Shown here: positions 35,670-43,597 of the stretch, in pieces
How the letters are laid out: each line of letters starts with the position of its first letter
Numbering within the stretch: position 1 is the first letter of the stretch
Source of the DNA: an uncultured Sulfuricella sp.
Lineage (GTDB): Bacteria; Pseudomonadota; Gammaproteobacteria; Burkholderiales; Sulfuricellaceae
Assembly: GCA_964451375.1 (NCBI GenBank)
Contig: CAYVIN010000031.1
Coordinates: 1 to 43,597 of the forward strand
Length of the DNA stretch: 43,597 bases
Direction of reading: 5' to 3'
The notes under the pieces: model-generated
What the model was told of the DNA's origin: nothing
The model's database searches: none
What the model saw: only the letters and a program-made list of their open reading frames with translations
Position numbers and translations under genes: made by a program

Positions 35670-36287
35670 ATGATCATGACATCCGACACCAAGCGCTTCG
35701 AACAAGCCATCGCCGCGATCGACGCGGTCAACGCCACCGACCCGCGCCGGGAAACCGCCCCGGATGGCAAGGAATACCCCAAGGAACTGCTGTACGGAAT
35801 GCGCATGAGCGACATGCTCGAACGCTTCGCCCCGGAAGCCGACGAAGCCATGAAACTGGCGGTGCGCGCCCAACACATCAAACGCTGGGCGATTCCGCGT
35901 AGCGATTACCCGATGACTAATCTCGGCTACAAGCAATGGCGCACCACACTCTACAAGTTCCACGCCGATCTGGCCGCCGACATTCTCCGCGAAGCCGGTT
36001 ACGATGAGGAATCCATCAAGCGCGTCCATTCCGCCGTGCGCAAGGAAGCGCTCAAACTCAACAAGGACACGCAACTGGTGGAAGACGTGGCCGACCTGGT
36101 TTTTCTGGAGCATTACATCGAGGAATTTGTGCAGAAATACGGCCACTACGACCAGGCCAAGATGTTCGACATCCTGCGCAAGACCTGGAAGAAAATGTCG
36201 GATCGCGGCCACGACGCCGCGCTGAAAATCGCCAAAATTCCGGCCCACCTCGCCCCGACGGTGGTGCAGGCCGTCACCACCGCATAA
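35670..36287 (+). CDS. DUF4202-family protein
   Basis: 205 aa with AGGAGA RBS. Conserved blocks (PKELLYGMRMSDMLERFAP.., RAQHIKRWAIPRSDYPM.., LVFLEHY) resemble DUF4202 proteins as I recall the family. Confidence 0.45.
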   Translation: MIMTSDTKRFEQAIAAIDAVNATDPRRETAPDGKEYPKELLYGMRMSDMLERFAPEADEAMKLAVRAQHIKRWAIPRSDYPMTNLGYKQWRTTLYKFHADLAADILREAGYDEESIKRVHSAVRKEALKLNKDTQLVEDVADLVFLEHYIEEFVQKYGHYDQAKMFDILRKTWKKMSDRGHDAALKIAKIPAHLAPTVVQAVTTA

Positions 36288-36345
36288 GACTCACACTCCC
36301 GTCCCGGCCCAGGGTTTTCCTGGCCGGACGGCGTCTCTCCGGCGC

Positions 36346-36978
36346 TCAATCCCGAACATAAGGATTGCTGCGTCGCTCCTCGCCGAAAGTGGATACCGGC
36401 CCGTGACCGGGAATAAAGGTCACGTCGTCGCCCAGCGGCCAAAGTTTGTCACGAATCGAATTCAGCAAGTCGCCCTGGCTACCGCCAGGAAAATCGGTGC
36501 GCCCTACCGAACCCCGGAACAATACGTCGCCGACCAGGGCGACCTGGCTGGGGGGATGAAAAAACACCACGTGTCCCGGGGTGTGTCCCGGGGTGTGAAA
36601 CACATCCAGAGTTTCGTTGCCGATCAGCACCCGCTCGCCATCAGTCAGCCAGCGATCGGGCTTGAGAGGCTCGACATGGGGCCAGCCAAAACGTTTCGCC
36701 TGACCGGGCAAATCATCAAGCCAGTAGGCATCCGCCTGATGCGGGCCGATTACCGGAATCGCCAGTTGCGCAGCCAGTTCGCCGGCCGCCCCGACATGAT
36801 CGAGGTGCCCGTGGGTAAGCAACAGGTAATCGAGATGCAGATGGTTCTCCGCAACGGCGGCCAACAGGCGACCGGGTTCTCCACCTGGGTCAATCAGCGC
36901 AGCGCGTTGCGTGGATTCGCACCACACCAGGGTGCAATTCTGTTCGTAGGGGGTAACAGGGATGATTATGAATTTCAT
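36346..36978 (-). CDS. MBL-fold metallo-hydrolase (glyoxalase-II/YcbL-like)
   Basis: HxHxDH motif LLLTHGHLDHVG, plus TPGHTPGH and GDVLF. Start taken at MKFIIIPVTPYEQN. Confidence 0.8.
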   Translation of the reverse strand: MKFIIIPVTPYEQNCTLVWCESTQRAALIDPGGEPGRLLAAVAENHLHLDYLLLTHGHLDHVGAAGELAAQLAIPVIGPHQADAYWLDDLPGQAKRFGWPHVEPLKPDRWLTDGERVLIGNETLDVFHTPGHTPGHVVFFHPPSQVALVGDVLFRGSVGRTDFPGGSQGDLLNSIRDKLWPLGDDVTFIPGHGPVSTFGEERRSNPYVRD

Positions 36979-37052
36979 GGCGCGGATTATATAGAGTGCC
37001 ACCCGATAAGGTAAAATGGCATTTTTGTATTGCCCGGCAGCGAGGAAACCCC

Positions 37053-37610
37053 ATGCGTATCGAAGTTCATGTTCACGGCAGCCTGTTTTTCTGCAAAGGC
37101 GTCACCCAGACCCAGGTTGAAACGGGGTTGCGCAAATGGCTGGAATACATGGATGTGGAAAACATGGGAGAAATGCGCAGCTTGGAACGCGCCGAACCGG
37201 GCATCGTTTTCGACCGCGCCGAGCGGGTGCTGGATATCTGCTGGACGGGAGAAGTCGGCCACAGCTTTCAGCAATGTCTGCAACAGACCCTCCACGATCT
37301 CGGCCCGCTGCTGCTGCAGGCCAGCGAGATAGAACTGACCTATTTCCACGATGAAGAAGATCAGGACGAATACCAGATATTGTTCGCCGGCCCCAACGCG
37401 GAATCCATCCATCAGGCGCAACGCCAGCGTATGGTGGAAGACGTTGGCGGCTTGCTGACCCGCCATTTCGGTAATGAAGAAGTCACCCAGGTGACGACGC
37501 TGGTCAATCAGTTGTTCGACAAGGACTGGGAAGCCCGGCGCAATCAAAAGGAAAGTGAATTTCCGCCATCAGGCAATCTGATTCACTTCCGTCACAAACA
37601 CTTGCACTGA
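37053..37610 (+). CDS. Hypothetical protein (185 aa); start at MRIEVHVHG with GAGGAAA RBS
   Basis: The ORF has a good RBS. No recognisable family. Confidence 0.4.
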   Translation: MRIEVHVHGSLFFCKGVTQTQVETGLRKWLEYMDVENMGEMRSLERAEPGIVFDRAERVLDICWTGEVGHSFQQCLQQTLHDLGPLLLQASEIELTYFHDEEDQDEYQILFAGPNAESIHQAQRQRMVEDVGGLLTRHFGNEEVTQVTTLVNQLFDKDWEARRNQKESEFPPSGNLIHFRHKHLH

Positions 37611-37633
37611 ATTCAGTCTCCACCGCGCGACGT

Positions 37634-37870
37634 TCACAACCAGCGCACCAGATGGTAAATACGCAGTCCTTCCGACGAACGCGCCGGCCCCAGAACCACG
37701 GCTGCGAAACGTTTTGCGGCTGGATCGGCAGCCGCAATCGCGGCCTCACTGCCGGACATTTCGGTCACGCAGTTTTCCGGGAAACGCTTGCGCTGCCGGT
37801 TCGGCGCATAGATCACCACGCTGCACTCGTGGGCCAAATTACATTCGGGATCAAAAAGAGTGGAGTCCAT
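37634..37870 (-). CDS. Hypothetical small protein (78 aa)
   Basis: ORF only. Composition is plausible but there is no family signal. Confidence 0.25.
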   Translation of the reverse strand: MDSTLFDPECNLAHECSVVIYAPNRQRKRFPENCVTEMSGSEAAIAAADPAAKRFAAVVLGPARSSEGLRIYHLVRWL

Positions 37871-37984
37871 AATCGCGCATTATACCTTGTGACATAGTAT
37901 TTGCAGGGGGGCGGTGTTTGTAGCACAATCCATCAAGTCTTACAGTTTTTTTGCCAATAAATAATTTTAAAGAGGTGCAGCAAG

Positions 37985-38860
37985 ATGTCTCATAAACATC
38001 CCATCATCGCCGTGACCGGAGCATCCGGCGCGGGCACCGAACCGGTGCGCACTGCTTTCGAGCACCTGTTCTGGCGTGAAAAGGTCAAGGTCACCACCCT
38101 CGATGGTGAAGCCTTTCACCGTTTCACGCGCGAAGAAATGAAAAGGGAAGTGGAAAAATCGCGCAAAAAAGGCGGGCGGGCAATTTCCCATTTTGGCCCG
38201 GAAGGCAACATTCTGGACAAACTCGAAGCGGTTTTCCGCGAATACGGCGAAACCGGCGCCGGGCAACGCCGCCGCTACCTGCACGATGATGCCGAAGCAC
38301 GTGAATTCAACCAACCCGCCGGCACGTTCACCCGCTGGGAGGCCATTCCGGAAGGCAGCGACCTGCTGTTTTACGAAGGCCTGCACGGGGGATTCGTTGC
38401 CGATGGGATCAATGTACCCCAGCACGTCGATTTGCTGATCGGCGTCACCCCTATCGTCAACCTCGAATGGATCCAGAAAATCCACCGGGATTGCTCGGAA
38501 CGCGGCTATTCACGCGATGCGGTCATGCAGATCATCCTCGACCGGATGCACGATTACGTAAACTACATCACCCCGCAGTTTTCACGCACCCACATCAACT
38601 TTCAGCGTGTGCCGGTGGTGGATACCTCCAACCCGTTCATCTCGCGCGACGTACCGACGCTTGATGAAAGTTATGTCGTGATTCGTTTCCGCTATCCGAA
38701 AGGCGTGGATTTCCCCTACCTGCTGCGGATGATTCACAACTCCTTCATGTCGCGCCCCAACACCCTCGTGGTGCCGGGAGGCAAGCAGTTGCTGGCGATG
38801 GAAACCATCCTCCTGCCGCTCCTGCACGATCTCAAGGAAAACAAGCGCAAAGCCGCATAG
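37985..38860 (+). CDS. prk: Phosphoribulokinase
   Basis: 291 aa. MSHKHPIIAVTGASGAGT (P-loop), LFYEGLHGG, NLEWIQKIHRD, QFSRTHINFQRVPVVDTSNPFI. Near-collinear with bacterial CbbP/PrkB. Confidence 0.9.
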   Translation: MSHKHPIIAVTGASGAGTEPVRTAFEHLFWREKVKVTTLDGEAFHRFTREEMKREVEKSRKKGGRAISHFGPEGNILDKLEAVFREYGETGAGQRRRYLHDDAEAREFNQPAGTFTRWEAIPEGSDLLFYEGLHGGFVADGINVPQHVDLLIGVTPIVNLEWIQKIHRDCSERGYSRDAVMQIILDRMHDYVNYITPQFSRTHINFQRVPVVDTSNPFISRDVPTLDESYVVIRFRYPKGVDFPYLLRMIHNSFMSRPNTLVVPGGKQLLAMETILLPLLHDLKENKRKAA

Positions 38861-38894
38861 GGATTGCCACAATGCCCTACCCCACCAATTCGAG

Positions 38895-38920
38895 AGCCGC
38901 ACTATGCGGCTCTTTTTTTG
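38895..38920 (+). terminator. Rho-independent terminator of prk (GAGCCGC-actat-GCGGCTC followed by T7)
   Basis: Perfect 7-bp stem followed by 'ttttttt', 35 nt after the prk stop. Confidence 0.7.
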
Positions 38921-38973
38921 GTGCTGCGGGTACAAAGTTTCGCGTGAGGTGCGGGGAAACCCGCATGATACAG

Positions 38974-40516
38974 TCTAGCAGCCTGTCGGACTTCTGCGGC
39001 AAGCCGTGCACGAGTTGGAATTTGCCTGTTTTTCAGGCGATTTTCCGCAATTTTTACCCGATTTTGCTCATTTTTCGCTCACCACCCCCAATTTTGGCGC
39101 AATACGGCCATACGTTTTAAATTCCACGCCAGGCATACCAGCGTCCATTCATTGCGCACATTGTCCAATCCGCGCAGCATGAATTGGCGGAACCCCATCA
39201 CCGATTTGATGATGCCGAACACCGGCTCTACCGTTTGCTTGCGCAACGCATAAGCCTTCTTTCCGGCTTGAGTCTTCAGAGTGTGCTTCATCTGCTCAAC
39301 CGGCGTGGCATCCTTGGCTAACGGCTCCGGCTCGCTGAAACGTTCCTTCCAGTGCGGATGGTGGCTTTCCCGCCCGGCGGCTATCAACGGCTCAATGCCG
39401 GCTTCGTTGCAGACCATGACGTTGCGCTCGCTGTAGTATCCCGTGTCGGCAAGCAGGGCGTCCGGGGTGTTGAATTCTTCGGGTAGCGCCTGAAGCTTTT
39501 CCAACATGGGCTCGACTTGTTGCTTGTCGTTGCAGGCTTGTGTGACGTGCGGCACGACAACCAGCATGCTGGCGGTGTCCACGATGGCCTGGGCGTTGTA
39601 GCACTGATCAAAGCCGCCACCGGCGGCTTTCATGATGCGCGATTCTTCGTCCGTCAGGTTGATCTGGTCTTGGGGCTGAGGGGCTTCGCTCGGCGGAGTC
39701 GGCAACTTGCCGCCCAGCTTGCGCCCTCGTGCGGCTTCCTTGTCAGCCCGTGCTTTGACCTGGGCGTCGAATTCGGCTTTCTCGCGCTGGTAGCGTTCCT
39801 TTGCACACGCTTCGATCTCCGCTTTGGCGGCTTTGATCGCCTCAATCTGCTCTTCGCGCCGGGCAATTTCAGCGGGAATGTTCAGGCCATCCGGCAGCTT
39901 GCTTTGGTCAGCCTTTTCCGCTTCCTTGATGAGTTCCTGCACATCCTGCTTGAGCTGAGCTTCCAGCTTGCCGGTGTGCTCGTAAGACAGTGCGCTGTGC
40001 CGGGAGGCATTGGCGTGGATCTTGGTGCCGTCCAGGCTGACCGTGCCAAATTGGCTGAGTTGGTTGGCGTGGGCAATTTGCAATACTTCCACAAAGATCG
40101 CCTCAAACTGCGAGCCAAAATTCCGCCGGAAACTCGCCAACGTATCATGGTCGGGATGGCGGTTGCTGGCAAGATAGCGGAACGCCACCGAGTCGTAGGT
40201 GGCCCGTTCAATTTTGCGGCTGGAAAATACCCCGGTGGCGTAACCGAAGATGAGCAGGCTCATCAGGGTGGCCGGGTGATACGCTGTGCTGCCGCTTCCG
40301 CCATAGGCGCGCTCAATCTCGCTCAGGTCAAGACTTTCAACAACCTCGGCAACATAGCGCGCCAGGTGTCGTTCGGGTAGCCAGTCTTGCACCGATGGCG
40401 GAAAAAGGTAATTGGTGTTTCTGTTGATCGGGTGAAATAACGCCATGGCGGTCTCGTTCGGTAGCAGTTACGGAATCTTAACCAAAATCCAGAGGGAAGT
40501 CCGACAGGCTGCTAGA
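38974..40516. mobile_element. IS1182-family insertion sequence (about 1.54 kb) with 21-bp perfect terminal inverted repeats TCTAGCAGCCTGTCGGACTTC
   Basis: IRL at 38974-38994 and IRR (reverse complement) at 40496-40516 read directly. It encloses a single DDE transposase ORF. I could not identify a clear target-site duplication. Confidence 0.8.
39079..40446 (-). CDS. IS1182-family (IS5-superfamily) DDE transposase
   Basis: 455 aa. The N-terminal MALFHPINRNTNYLFPPSVQDWLPERHLARYV.. and the C-terminal ..VEPVFGIIKSVMGFRQFMLRGLDNVRNEWTLVCLAWNLKRM are hallmark IS1182/IS5 transposase blocks. Confidence 0.85.
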   Translation of the reverse strand: MALFHPINRNTNYLFPPSVQDWLPERHLARYVAEVVESLDLSEIERAYGGSGSTAYHPATLMSLLIFGYATGVFSSRKIERATYDSVAFRYLASNRHPDHDTLASFRRNFGSQFEAIFVEVLQIAHANQLSQFGTVSLDGTKIHANASRHSALSYEHTGKLEAQLKQDVQELIKEAEKADQSKLPDGLNIPAEIARREEQIEAIKAAKAEIEACAKERYQREKAEFDAQVKARADKEAARGRKLGGKLPTPPSEAPQPQDQINLTDEESRIMKAAGGGFDQCYNAQAIVDTASMLVVVPHVTQACNDKQQVEPMLEKLQALPEEFNTPDALLADTGYYSERNVMVCNEAGIEPLIAAGRESHHPHWKERFSEPEPLAKDATPVEQMKHTLKTQAGKKAYALRKQTVEPVFGIIKSVMGFRQFMLRGLDNVRNEWTLVCLAWNLKRMAVLRQNWGW

Positions 40517-40532
40517 TGTCTATTACAACGAG

Positions 40533-41447
40533 GTGCCCCGCGACATTGGCCATGCCATGCAATACAGCCTGGGTATCACGGCCAAGCAGATGGCCAATAC
40601 GGTTGACCTCGGTGCGATAGGTCACGTCATCGGTCGTATGTGCCGGGAGCGCCCGCTCGACCGCTTCAATGGCTTCGATGAGATTATCGCCGCCATACAA
40701 GAGGTGTACCCGGAGCTTCCGGTTGAGTCTCTCAACGAAATGGCGCCGATCCTGGAGCTGACTCGTCCCCAGGCGCGCTCGTCGGTACTGCTGCCGTCCG
40801 ACAGCGAGCTTATTGAGGTTGAAGAAGTGCCGAGCCGGCCGATGCCGTTCCCTAACGTGCAGGAAGAAGATGTGACCGATCTGGAAGAAGTCGAATTCAC
40901 TCCCCCTCCTACTTCCACCCGCCCCTGGGGGCGCAGACTTGGAGCGTTCATGGCTGGCGGCATCATATTGCTGTTCGGTTTCGGCCTCGTCGGACGCCAC
41001 CTCGCCGCCCCGGAAGGCGTCTTGTTGCGCACCCAGCTTCACCTCGCACACGACGCCTTCGGTGTTCTGGACGCCCCCCATCCCACACCCAGAGAACGCA
41101 CAGAGGCACTCGCCACAGTTGCCGGTATTGCCGCCAGCAACAGCTACGTCAATCTGCGTGTCGATGCGTTTGTGAAGCGACATGGCTTGCATGCCCCCGA
41201 AATCATCGCCAAGGCGAAAAGCAAGCCCGGCAATGCTGAACTCAACGCCATGCTCGCCGACCTCAAGATACTGCATAAGTCCGGTCACGCTGAAGCTGGC
41301 CTGCTTGTCGTCGCCATCGAAGCCGCCGCCTCGGGCAATGCCAAGCGCATTCGCCAGGCAATGGACGACATCCGCAACCAGCCCGCCGCCGCGCGCGCGA
41401 CGGCGATACTCGAACAAGCGCAACGCGAGAAAATCAAGCCATCATGA
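40533..41447 (+). CDS. Hypothetical single-pass membrane protein (acidic N-domain, TM GAFMAGGIILLFGFGLVG, helical C-domain); 5' end abuts the IS right end
   Basis: The ORF begins 17 nt after the IS right IR, probably with a GTG start. Its stop overlaps the next gene's start (ATGATG). Confidence 0.4.
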   Translation: MPRDIGHAMQYSLGITAKQMANTVDLGAIGHVIGRMCRERPLDRFNGFDEIIAAIQEVYPELPVESLNEMAPILELTRPQARSSVLLPSDSELIEVEEVPSRPMPFPNVQEEDVTDLEEVEFTPPPTSTRPWGRRLGAFMAGGIILLFGFGLVGRHLAAPEGVLLRTQLHLAHDAFGVLDAPHPTPRERTEALATVAGIAASNSYVNLRVDAFVKRHGLHAPEIIAKAKSKPGNAELNAMLADLKILHKSGHAEAGLLVVAIEAAASGNAKRIRQAMDDIRNQPAAARATAILEQAQREKIKPS

Positions 41448-42074
41448 TGCTCGACACCCATGCCCTCTACGCCGTTGGCATCGCCGTTAGCCTGGCGGTA
41501 CTCGACCGTCTGCGCCATCTTTTCTGGATATTCGCATTCCTCGCCATGCCTGGAACCGCTGCGCACGAATGCGCCCATTACCTTATGGCGCTGCTTACGG
41601 GAGGGAGGCCTTGCTCGCTCTCGGTGATTCCGAGGCGCGTCGAAGGCGGCTACATCCTCGGCACCGTGCAATTCCGCAATCCGAAATGGTGGAACGTGCC
41701 GTTCATCTCCCTGGCGCCGCTGGCGCTGATCGGGCTCGCCTATTGGTCTTACACCGGGCTGGTTGCCATCCCCGGCGCGTCGCCCTGGCGCATTGCGCTG
41801 GGATTGTTCGTCACCGGTTCGCTGGCTTGGGGCGCGCTGCCATCAGCGGCAGGATTTTTCATTGATATGGGAATTTTCCAAACCCGCCATCATCGCTGTG
41901 CCCATGCTTGCGGCTGGCGCATGGGTAGCAACGTCGCCCGGCATGGCCAGTGGCATGGTTGCCACCGCAAAGACGGCGTTGGCGTCGTTGAGCGACAGCA
42001 AAAGTGTGAAGCCCGAAAAGCCTGTAACTCAGGCTAAAGCAAGACAGACGAAGGCGCGCCAGCCGGTCAGATAA
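41444..42074 (+). CDS. Polytopic membrane protein with an intramembrane HExxH (AAHECAHYLM) motif; apparent +1/-1 frameshift near 41860-41880
   Basis: The frame from 41444 reads as plausible TM protein until about FFIDMG, then turns Cys/His/Arg-rich and unprotein-like. The overlapping frame (ORF 41763-42074) continues with a plausible TM helix (PAIIAVPMLAAGAWVAT) and a Lys-rich tail. Confidence 0.35.
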
Positions 42075-42231
42075 CGGGCCACATCCTTGTGCGGCCTCTG
42101 CCGACACTCAAATGAGCGCAAACCCACAGGGCGGGCAGCCAATGGGTGGTCATTCTACGACGACTTGCAAAATGTCCCCATTATGATGACAATGGTCACC
42201 TGATTATTCACTTGCAAGCAAGGAACAGCTT

Positions 42232-42801
42232 ATGGCCCTCGCACTTTTTGGCAAGACCCGGCTGGCGGCACTTTCGGCGTTGCTCGGCGAACCAGGGCGC
42301 ACCTTGCACCTGCGGCAGATCGCACGGGAAGGCAACGTCCCACCGTCGGCCATGGCGCGCGAACTTGATGCTCTCGTGGCCGCCGGCATCGTGGTGGAAG
42401 AGCGCCAGGCCAATTTGCGGCTGTTTCGCGCCAACGCGGCAAACCCGCTGACGGTACCATTGCGCGATCTGGTCAGCGCGATGCGCAGCGCCGGGGCAAC
42501 CGAACCGACGCTCCAGACTGCGCCCGCCGCCGAAGCTCCGCGCAAGAGCCGCCGGCTCGCCCTCACCGCACCTTTCGACTGGTCCAACCCGCAGATTCCC
42601 GACGACGCGCTGATCGCCAAGACCGCCGCTTCCCTGCGCTTCGAAGATGTGGCTCGGCTGTGCGCCCATTACGGCATTTCCCGGGTGCGCTCCGTCGTCG
42701 CCTCCAGCGTCGCCGATCCCCTGCCGCGTGCCATCCTGGAACGGCAATTGCGTAATATCGAAGCTGCGGGCGTCGACCTTCTCCATGAACGCGCCGCTTA
42801 A
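42232..42801 (+). CDS. abiEi: AbiEi-type antitoxin (winged-HTH transcriptional regulator, type IV TA system)
   Basis: 189 aa. N-terminal wHTH-like segment (RTLHLRQIAREGNVPPSAMARELDALVAAGIVVEE). Overlaps the downstream AbiEii gene by 17 nt. Confidence 0.55.
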   Translation: MALALFGKTRLAALSALLGEPGRTLHLRQIAREGNVPPSAMARELDALVAAGIVVEERQANLRLFRANAANPLTVPLRDLVSAMRSAGATEPTLQTAPAAEAPRKSRRLALTAPFDWSNPQIPDDALIAKTAASLRFEDVARLCAHYGISRVRSVVASSVADPLPRAILERQLRNIEAAGVDLLHERAA

Positions 42802-43546
42802 AACCGAATTCCTGCCGTCCCCGACCCGCGCGCTGTTCGAGCGCCTGACCGGCGAAGCGCTGCTGGAGAACATGCTCCTGGTGGGCGGCTCCGCCCTGGC
42901 CTTGCAGATCGGTCATCGCCTGAGCGAAGACCTCGACTTCACCACCCTGGAGCCCAAACTGCCCACCGCCCGGCTCGATGCCCTGATGGCGGCACTGGAG
43001 GCGGAAGGCCGCCAAGTGTCGTTGTTGACACCCCAAAGCCAGATCGAATCTTTCCGCATCGACACCGGCAGAAAGCTGCTGGATTACGCCAGGGATTACG
43101 TCGTCGAAGGCGCGAAGCTCACCTTCTTCGCTCGCGGATCATCGGCGCCGCCGAACCAGTTGGCTTGGCTTGCGCAATCCCCAAAATCGTCCGACGGAAA
43201 GGGCTTCGCCGTCCTCGGGCTGGCGGGCCTGTTCGCCATGAAGTCCCTGGTGCTCGCCGACCGCGCCCGCTCCCGCGACCTCTTCGACCTCATGGTGCTG
43301 ATCCGGGATCACGGCTTCACCATCGATGAGGCCTTCCGCCTGGCGTGCACCCTGGCACCGATAGAAAAGCGCGACATTGAGCGCCACAAGGCGGTCATGA
43401 CTGGCGCCATCCCCCTTGATGCGGAGGATGAAGGCTTTGAGAGCATCGGCCTCGCTGTCGGCATTGAGGACATTTATGCGTTCTTCGGTGGCGAGGTTGA
43501 TCGCTACGAACGCAATGTCGCCCGCGCCGTGTTGCAGCGGAACTAG
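42785..43546 (+). CDS. abiEii: AbiEii/AbiGii-family nucleotidyltransferase toxin (DUF1814)
   Basis: 253 aa. Nucleotidyltransferase motif LLVGGSALALQIGHRLSEDLDFT plus downstream conserved blocks typical of AbiEii. Confidence 0.7.
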   Translation: MNAPLKTEFLPSPTRALFERLTGEALLENMLLVGGSALALQIGHRLSEDLDFTTLEPKLPTARLDALMAALEAEGRQVSLLTPQSQIESFRIDTGRKLLDYARDYVVEGAKLTFFARGSSAPPNQLAWLAQSPKSSDGKGFAVLGLAGLFAMKSLVLADRARSRDLFDLMVLIRDHGFTIDEAFRLACTLAPIEKRDIERHKAVMTGAIPLDAEDEGFESIGLAVGIEDIYAFFGGEVDRYERNVARAVLQRN

Positions 43547-43597
43547 CCCGAATCTTTCACAAACCTGCCCGTCAATGGCAATGGTATTTTTCGGGCG

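Noticed and set aside
38940-38994. Target-site duplication for the IS1182 element
   Set aside because: The flanks (..gatacag | ..atgtctat) show no convincing direct repeat. IS1182-family members often lack or vary in TSDs, so none is annotated.

Overview
This is a GC-rich (about 65-70%) proteobacterial chromosome segment. Most of it (about 3.0-31.7 kb, all on the minus strand) is a large biosynthetic locus for a secondary lipid or polyketide. It resembles a polyunsaturated-fatty-acid (PUFA) synthase but is organised differently. (1) One 2.46-kaa protein fuses a PfaD/FabK-type enoyl reductase to a PfaA-like KS-AT-ACP-ACP-KR; its two ACPs carry the PUFA-synthase signature 'LGIDSIKRVEI'. (2) A 1258-aa protein fuses an acyltransferase, a PKS-type dehydratase and a C-terminal 4'-phosphopantetheinyl transferase. 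(3) A modular type I PKS has the order AT-ACP-KS-AT-DH-ACP. (4) There is a free-standing carrier protein and a SyrD/PvdE-type 'cyclic peptide' ABC exporter. (5) A complete RND tripartite efflux pump (outer-membrane factor, adaptor, RND permease) has its stop codon 2 nt from the AT-DH-PPTase start codon. (6) The operon ends with an SPFH/band-7 protein, a DUF697-like protein and a small membrane protein. Downstream of the PKS the assembly line looks eroded. A TubC-type NRPS docking domain plus the first about 60 residues of a condensation domain survive only as a 127-aa fragment. Between it and the PKS sit an orphan HigA-like antidote gene with a degraded killer-toxin remnant, a low-GC foreign ORF, a BrnT/BrnA toxin-antitoxin pair and a tandem partial duplication of the brnT 5' end with its terminator hairpin. 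Intergenic gaps hold a family of MITE-like elements with 13-bp terminal inverted repeats (GTAAC[T/A]ACTCAGG) and GC-rich REP-like hairpins. The right third of the window is ordinary or accessory chromosome. It holds an HXXEE membrane protein, an SseB-like protein, a lipoprotein, a secreted barnase-like RNase with its barstar inhibitor, MtfA, a DUF4202 protein, an MBL-fold hydrolase and a lone phosphoribulokinase. It also holds an intact IS1182-family insertion sequence (21-bp IRs) next to a two-gene membrane module, one gene of which appears frameshifted, and an AbiEi/AbiEii type IV toxin-antitoxin pair. I saw no rRNA, tRNA or CRISPR. The long plus-strand ORFs inside the synthase and efflux genes are antisense GC artefacts.
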